Positions 57,710-64,000 of a stretch of 64,000 nucleotides of DNA are shown here, piece after piece. Position numbers and translations under genes: made by a program. The notes under the pieces were generated by a model, which was not told the origin of the DNA, did no database searches, and was given only the letters and a program-made list of their open reading frames with translations. Origin of the DNA: Felis catus (Eukaryota); NCBI RefSeq assembly GCF_018350175.1, contig NC_058382.1, positions 59,460,001 through 59,524,000 of the forward strand. The letters are read 5' to 3'. Position 1 is the stretch's first letter. Each line of letters opens with the position of its first letter.

Positions 57710-57830
57710 CCGCTGGCCTGGGTCTGAGTCCCAGCCTGACCCTCCTCCTCACTGGGACCCCGAGCAAGTTACTTAACATCTCAGTGCATAATAATGGCAC
57801 CCCCCTCCTAGGGTAGGAGCAAGGCTAGTG
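57710..57830 (+). mobile_element. MIR
   Basis: 'cctgggtctgagtcccagcc...gagcaagttacttaacatctcagtgc'. Confidence 0.65.
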
Positions 57831-58731
57831 GGTAAAGGGCTCAGAGCCACACACAGCAGGACTAGGGACGCTGCCACATCAGCTGCCCTGCTTCTGCTGA
57901 CACGGAGCCCTTATAAAAGCAGACACTTTTATAACACTCTGATGTCAACCCCAACAGCCCAGTGGGGCTCACTGCCTCAAAACAGAGGCCGGCGCTAAAG
58001 CCTCCAGCCTCAGGACAGAGAGGCCGGCAGCACTGTGTCTGCTCAGTCACTCAGCTCATGCCTCTCCAGAGGACGACCCCTCTGAAGGCAGCTCATGTAG
58101 TGCCGAGGAGAACTCAGGGCTCGGGCGAATTTCCCGCCTCTGGTCTGGGCCAGCTTTCCTGGAGGCCCAAGGATGAAACAAACAGCCTTTCCTGTGCCCC
58201 AGGGATTACAGTGTGAAAACACATTTTAAACCTTACCTTAAGAAGCTGAAAGGCCATGTCCATGTAGGACACGCCATGTACTTAAATTTTAAAACAGCAA
58301 CGTGCCAAGAGCTCTCACAGCTGATGGACCCCTGCTTTGTGCTATTGAAACATGTGCACCTTCCAGAAAGATGATTCAGGCAGAGTGACATGTGCCTGAT
58401 GAAATCACTCAAAGGATGCCTTCCCTCCTCCGGAACAGTCTTCCCTTCCCCAGGTGTCAGGGCCATGTGAGATGCCGGCGAGGGAGGTTTGGAAACTGTT
58501 CATACCGTGATATCGTAACGTTTCAAAGCAGTGGGCTTAGCACCCCTGGAACAAAAAAAAGGTCCTTGTTTAAGGTATGAAACCACCCACCGGATGTAAG
58601 GAGAAAAGGCCCCACTTCTGGTCAAAGTTTGGAGCTGTGCCTGTACTTGTTCTTCATGGGACTCAGGTGGCAGAGAGCAAACCTTGAGCACAGAAGCCGA
58701 ATGCCAGACGTTGTTGAAATGTAAAGTTCTT

Positions 58732-58989
58732 GGGGCGCCTGGGTGGCTCAGTCGGTTGGGCGGCCGACTTCAGCTCAGGTCATGATCTCACGGCTTATGA
58801 GTTTGAGCCCCGCGTCGGGCTCTGTGCTGACAGCTCAGAGCCTGGAGCCTGCTTCAGATCCTGTGTCTCCCTCTCTCTGCCCCTCCCCCACTCATGTTTG
58901 TCTGTCTCTGTCTCTCTCTGTCTCTCAAAAACAATTAAACATAGGAAGGGAGGGAGGGAGGGAGGGAGGGAGGAAGGAATAGAGAAGGA
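58732..58989 (+). mobile_element. CanSINE with tail converted to (GGGA)n
   Basis: TSD aaagttct at 58723-58730 and 58990-58997 encloses the GGGA run. Confidence 0.93.
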
Positions 58990-59009
58990 AAAGTTCTCAG
59001 ATAAGCATC

Positions 59010-59160
59010 ACAAAGCCTGAATTCAAAGCTTGGCCCCTACTACTTCTGAGCTGTGTGACCCTGGGCCACTTTCTTGACCTCTCTGGGCCTTGGTCTTCTC
59101 ATCAGCAATATGGTAGAAATATCAGTACCTGCTTTCCAGGTTGCAAGTGAAGACTCAGGA
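59010..59160 (+). mobile_element. MIR
   Basis: 'agctgtgtgaccctgggccactttcttgacctctctgggccttggtcttctcatc'. Confidence 0.8.
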
Positions 59161-59764
59161 AGACCCTTGCCTGAAGGCTCCGCTTTGGAAATTGTACACA
59201 GGATTCAAATGTGAGTTTCACCTATCGAAGGTCACTGTGTTGTGTCTTGCCATCCAAAGAACCCAAATCTTATGAAACACCCAGGTGTTCATTGAGATGT
59301 AAACAAAAGACCTTTGTTGTTTTTTTCGTAATGGCAAATCCACTGGAACTCAATTCATGTCCATCAAAATTCAGTGTGACCTGTAGCCGTTGAAGAGCAC
59401 AGGGCAGACCAAGGCCGGCCTTGGAGAGAACACCTACATGTTTTGTTAAGCGGGAGGGACTGAAGGCCCAGCACAACGTGCCCACGGCACACGAGTGGTG
59501 TGACGACAGGGGGCCATTTCTGCTCATCAGTGAATCTGCAGCTCCTAATAGCACACCTGGCACACAGCAGGCACTCAGAAACACTAGGTGAACCAATGAA
59601 TACGCGGCGCAGTATTCAATACACTCAGTGCGGATTGCCGGCGACTGTCCCTGCCAGGGAAGGAACCGGGAAGGAGAGGTCAACCCCCTGAGGGTGTTTC
59701 CTGGGGGGAGGGGGGCAAGGAACAGCACCGTGTGCTCTGAACTTCAGAATCATTTGAATCTTTA

Positions 59765-60092
59765 CGACGGACCCTTGAACAAGGGGTTGGGGGCACCGAC
59801 TCCCCATGCAGTCAAAAATCTCCGTATAACTTTTGACTCCCCAAAACTTACCTACTAATAGCCTACTGTTGGCCAGAAGCCTTACAGACGACATAAACAG
59901 TTGATTAACACATATTCTGTATGTTATATGCATTATATGCTGCGTCCTTACAGTACAGCCAGCTAGAGGAAAGAAAAAGTTATTAAGAAAGTCCTAAGAC
60001 GGAGAAAATGCAGTTACTGTACTGTATTTATTGAAACAATCTGCATATAAGTGGACCCACAGCTCACACCCGTGTTGTTCAAGGGTTGACTG
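59765..60092 (-). mobile_element. Tigger2a-like DNA transposon
   Basis: TIRs gacccttgaacaa and ttgttcaagggtt, TA flanks. Confidence 0.88.
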
Positions 60093-61570
60093 TATATTCT
60101 TGCATGGCTTGTAAAATCTATAAAATAATCTATAAAGTAATGATTCCCCCCCCCCAAATAAAAAGCCAGACAAAAAGAACGTCACGGATGACTAATGCCC
60201 CTAATTAGATGACAAGAATTCAGGAATCATTAGATAAAGAATATTTGGTGACCCAGAACTTAAAATTAGTGAAGTCAGAGAAGAAAGCCACACTGCTCTG
60301 ACCGCCCACCCCCAGGAGCAGGAACCTGGTGGAACATTCGGAAGGGGAGACACCGCGTCCAGACGATAAACGGACTGGAACTGAAATCGGGGGCTCCCAG
60401 CTTTTGCCTCTGTATCTTTATTAACCAAGATCACTTTGGTTGACAATAAAGCACCCCCAGCACACAGCTGAGGACAACACTGGCACGGAGCCACTGCAGG
60501 AACAGGGTGGGTGGGGGGTCTGGTTCCCTTGAGTTCTTTCAAAGCCTGCTTCAAAGGAGATGCAGAGGTGGGAGAGGTGCCCTCACCACGGCTGTCCTCA
60601 CAGTGAAGACACGAGATGGTGGCTAACAGGAGTCAGAAGCACGAGACACTTTCTTCTTAGTGTTTTTTTCCTCACACACACACACACACTCGAACAGCAG
60701 CCAAGGAACTTCTAAAACAAATTAATCCCAAAATTAAGGTTGGGAAAGAAATGTCCCCGAGGACAGCAATCATGTTTGAAGTTGGGTTTTCTGTTTGTTT
60801 GTTTTAGAGCTCTCTCAATCTCTCTCCTCAACAGTAGGTAAAACTATCTTCGGGGATCAGGCAAGATCTCCTGCTGGCTCTCGGTCAAAACCTGAACAGA
60901 TGTTCCCACAGCCGGAAAGCCCACCAGGACCCATCATGTAGCGGGGTCTTACGGACTTGCACACCCACATAGCACTCTCCGCACACCTGTGTATCCCATC
61001 GCCTCAGACAAGCACGAACACAGGTCCACGCGGCCCCCAGCCATCTGCAAATTGCCCAAGTCTCTGAAGGACGCGCCGGGCCATCGGGATCGTGCTGTGG
61101 AGACCCGCCGCCTTGCCCCAGCATGAAGCACCTCCACTATCCCCATCCCAAACGCCACCACGCGTGACGACTTTCCCAGATGAGCCATGTCCTACGTGCC
61201 TCTCCACCCCCCAAACGCAGTCCCATGTGGGGCTCCTGTGTCTTTGGTGACCTCTGCCAGCTGGTGCGGGCTTTTGTAAGCATCCCAGAGGCTTCAGAGG
61301 GGAGGAGAGAATAGTTGCTCCGAGTAAGTCTGAAGAAGACACAGATGGACGGGTCCCATGGAAAGCTGTGACACTGCTAAAGACATTTACTGCAAAAGAC
61401 AGTGGAGACCTGGCGCCCAGGCACCTGCTGACCAATGATGTGGGGCGTGTGGCTCTGAAACGCTGCCCGCCCCCCCCCATCCCAGCTACACTCCGGTGTC
61501 TTCTTCTGGGAGCTGCTCCTCCCCCAAACCAAGCAGGTGGTCCCGTTAGAAGCTTCCAGAGCCATATGTC

Positions 61571-61584
61571 CCACCAGGTGGCAG
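61571..61584 (+). promoter_or_regulatory. Candidate CTCF core motif
   Basis: CCACCAGGTGGCAG fits CCASYAGRKGGCRS exactly. Confidence 0.45.
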
Positions 61585-61764
61585 CTGGTGGTGGTGACAG
61601 ATGAAAAAGAGAAGCAGAAATAAAGGTCGAGTGGGTTCATGACAGTGCGTGAGCCCCTTGCTGTAGTTTGGTTGTTCAACCCCACCTTCAGCCCCACGAG
61701 CTGACGGCCTGACCTCCTGCCTGAACCTCGTTTCTGTCCCACACTCCCGATGTCCGTGCACACA

Positions 61765-62036
61765 AGTGTGGTAAAATACACATAACATGCAAGTTACCAT
61801 TTTTGCCGTGTTTCAAGCGTATGACTGAGTGGCGTTCAGCACGTTCTCGGGACTGTGCGACTCTCACCTCACCTACTTCCAAGACACGTCCAGCCCCCAA
61901 AGGAAGCCGCCGCACACTGCCGTCACCACCCATCCCCCTTCCCTCCTGCTCCGGCAGCCCCCAGCTTTCCGTCCCTGTAGACCTACCTATTCCGGACATT
62001 CCATATAAATGGAGCCATTCCATATGTGACCTTTGG
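61765..62036 (-). mobile_element. L1MB-like 3' end
   Basis: 'gtggtaaaatacacataacat...ggacattccatataaatggagccattccatatgtgacctttg'. Confidence 0.85.
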
Positions 62037-62629
62037 TCCAGATCTGGTCTCAGGGAGACCCTGAGCAGCACTCGGCCTCCCAACAAGGCTCCCCATTCCA
62101 AGGGGACACAGAAAGCTTCGCAGCCTCTCCTCCCAGTGCGCCGCTGGTGACGGCAGCTTCCAGCACGTTAACTGCGTGCCTCCTGCTCGCCCTCACTCAG
62201 TCCACATTTGTGAGCATTTATGTAGCACTTCCGGGGTTCCAGGTGCCATGTGCAACTGCATGAGATGAATAGGGGCGGCCACTGCCTTCCAAGAACTCAC
62301 ACAACCGGGAGCACCTGGGCAAGCTGCAATCTCTGTGATATGGACTGAGTCCCGCAGCTGGCAAGCTGGAATGACACTCACGGTAAAGTGACGGCCAGGA
62401 AGAGCGTGAAGGAGCAAGGAGCCCTGGGTACCTGGTGGCGGGCGGCACTCACTCTCGGGGCCAGGCAAGTGTTGCTCAGGTGGGCACCACCTTCAATTCT
62501 GCACACCGGGCACCTGACTCTGTCCTCACCCAGGCTGGGCCCTAACAGTGCCCAGCAGGGCAGGCAAACTGACTTTGGGGGGGCTTCCTACGGGCTGGGC
62601 AGAGCATACGGACAGTTTTCTATCTTTTA

Positions 62630-62770
62630 ACTTACCCATTACTGCCAGCCGAGGAGACAGCATGGGCTCCTCCCCTCCCTTCTGCACACCAGGCTCAGAG
62701 AGGTGAAGGAGCTGGCCTAAAGCCACAGAGCTTTTGCGTGACACAGCCGGAGCTTGGCCCTAACTCCAAA
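62630..62770 (-). mobile_element. MIR
   Basis: 'aggctcagagaggtgaaggagctggcctaaagccacagagct'. Confidence 0.7.
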
Positions 62771-63496
62771 CAGTCACAGGCAGGAACCTGTCATCTTAAT
62801 AATGAAAATGTGTGACTTTACATGGTGTCTCAAAGTGAGGGAGCTTTCCTGAGGGCCTCACCAGCATTGACACGTCCATTCCCTAGAACCACAGAGTAGG
62901 CATTAATCTGGCCCCCCTCCTACACCTGCAGCCCGGAAGGGCTAACCAGCTCACTCGGGTAGGAGCCGGAAGGGGGGGGGGGGGGGAGCAGGGAGTAGCA
63001 AGTCCGCACGAACGTCTGTGTTTCATCACGGGCACAATGCTACCTGCCTCTAATTTCTATTTCGTGCTCACCAATACTTATTTGGCCCTTGTCCATCCGA
63101 AATTCTGGGGTCTACCCAGAAGTCCACTGGCCAGGGTGCCATTTCCCAGGCCCCTCTGTCCATGGCCAGGAACACAGGTGTGGTACCTGGTATCCGCTGA
63201 GGTGGCCATGCCTGCCGAAGGAGCACACGTGCAGTGACACCTGTCTTGCACGCCTGTGTTGTGCATCACCACCCCCATGCCAGCCCCCAGCACAAACACA
63301 CAGGCTTGTTGGAAGACAACTCAAGATTCCCAGATGGTGCTAGAGAGGCACAGAGCAGCTCATCTCTGGTTTTCACAGACCCTTGGCAGCCCGAGACTGC
63401 TGTTCTCCTATGAGGTTCGAGCCTGAAGCCCTGCCCACCTCAGCCAGGGTCGGTCGGGCAGCTCTCCAAAGTCACAGGACTGACAGGAGATACATA

Positions 63497-63817
63497 CAGT
63501 TGACCCTCAGCACAAATTCAAACCACACGCATCCACTGACACGTATATTTTTTCCAAAAAATATGGCACAGGACTGTAAATGTATTTTCCTTATGATTTT
63601 CTTAATAACACTTTTGTTTCTCTAGCTGACTGTAAGAATACAGCACGTAATACACATAACAGACAAAAGACGCGTTACCTGTTGCGTGTTCTCGGTGAGG
63701 GTTCAGGCCAACGATACGTGATTGCAGTTAAGTTTTGGGGGAGTCAGAAACTATACACAGATTTTTAACTACACGGGGGTCCACATCTCTAGCCCCCTGC
63801 TGTTTGAGGGTGGACTG
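63497..63817 (+). mobile_element. Tigger2a-like DNA transposon
   Basis: Starts ta|cagttgaccct; 'ttatgattttcttaataaca', 'agttaagttttgggggagtca'; reverse complement of the 59765-60092 family. Confidence 0.85.
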
Positions 63818-63819
63818 GA

Positions 63820-64000
63820 TACATAAAGAGATTTGCCTCAAGCAATTGGCTCACAGGACGATGGAGCCCCGCAAGGCTGAAAACTCAGGCAGGAGCTGAT
63901 GTTTCAGTCTTGAGGCAGAATTTCTTCCTCTCAAGGAAACCTCAGATTTTGCTTTTCAGCCCCTCACCTGATCGGAGGAGGCCCACCCAGATCATCCAGG
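63820..64000 (-). mobile_element. MLT2-like ERVL LTR, running off the window
   Basis: 'cagtcttgaggcagaatttcttcctctcaaggaaacctcag...gaggcccacccagatcat'. Confidence 0.75.

Noticed and set aside
1..64000. Naming a host gene or its strand from repeat orientation
   Set aside because: No exon recognised. L1s lean plus while all five LTRs are minus, so the signals conflict. BLAST or liftover is required.

Overview
This is mammalian genomic DNA, almost certainly from a felid. The 20 tRNA-derived CanSINEs include young copies with cat-type (SINEC_Fc-like) features, and carnivore-type L1 3' ends are present. I recognise no host protein-coding exon, RNA gene or CRISPR-type system, so the window reads as a GC-rich large intron or intergenic segment. 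The only protein-like ORF pieces are decayed L1 ORF1/ORF2. The repeats are ancient L1M, L2 and MIR; MaLR, ERV1 and ERVL solo LTRs; DNA-transposon relics (MER58-, MER46C-, Tigger2a- and MER91-like); and several simple or higher-order tandem repeats. The main observations are a ~1.75 kb GAT/GGT array with ~98-bp higher-order units next to an MLT1A LTR that appears inserted into it, patches of strong AT-to-GC/CpG gain inside old L1s (possible GC-biased gene conversion), repeated reuse of SINE target sites, young SINEs with near-perfect TSDs, and candidate regulatory motifs (CTCF, NF-Y/YY1, CpG patches). I found no convincing novel biological system. Repeat family names come from recalled consensus sequences, not a search, and old-repeat boundaries are approximate.
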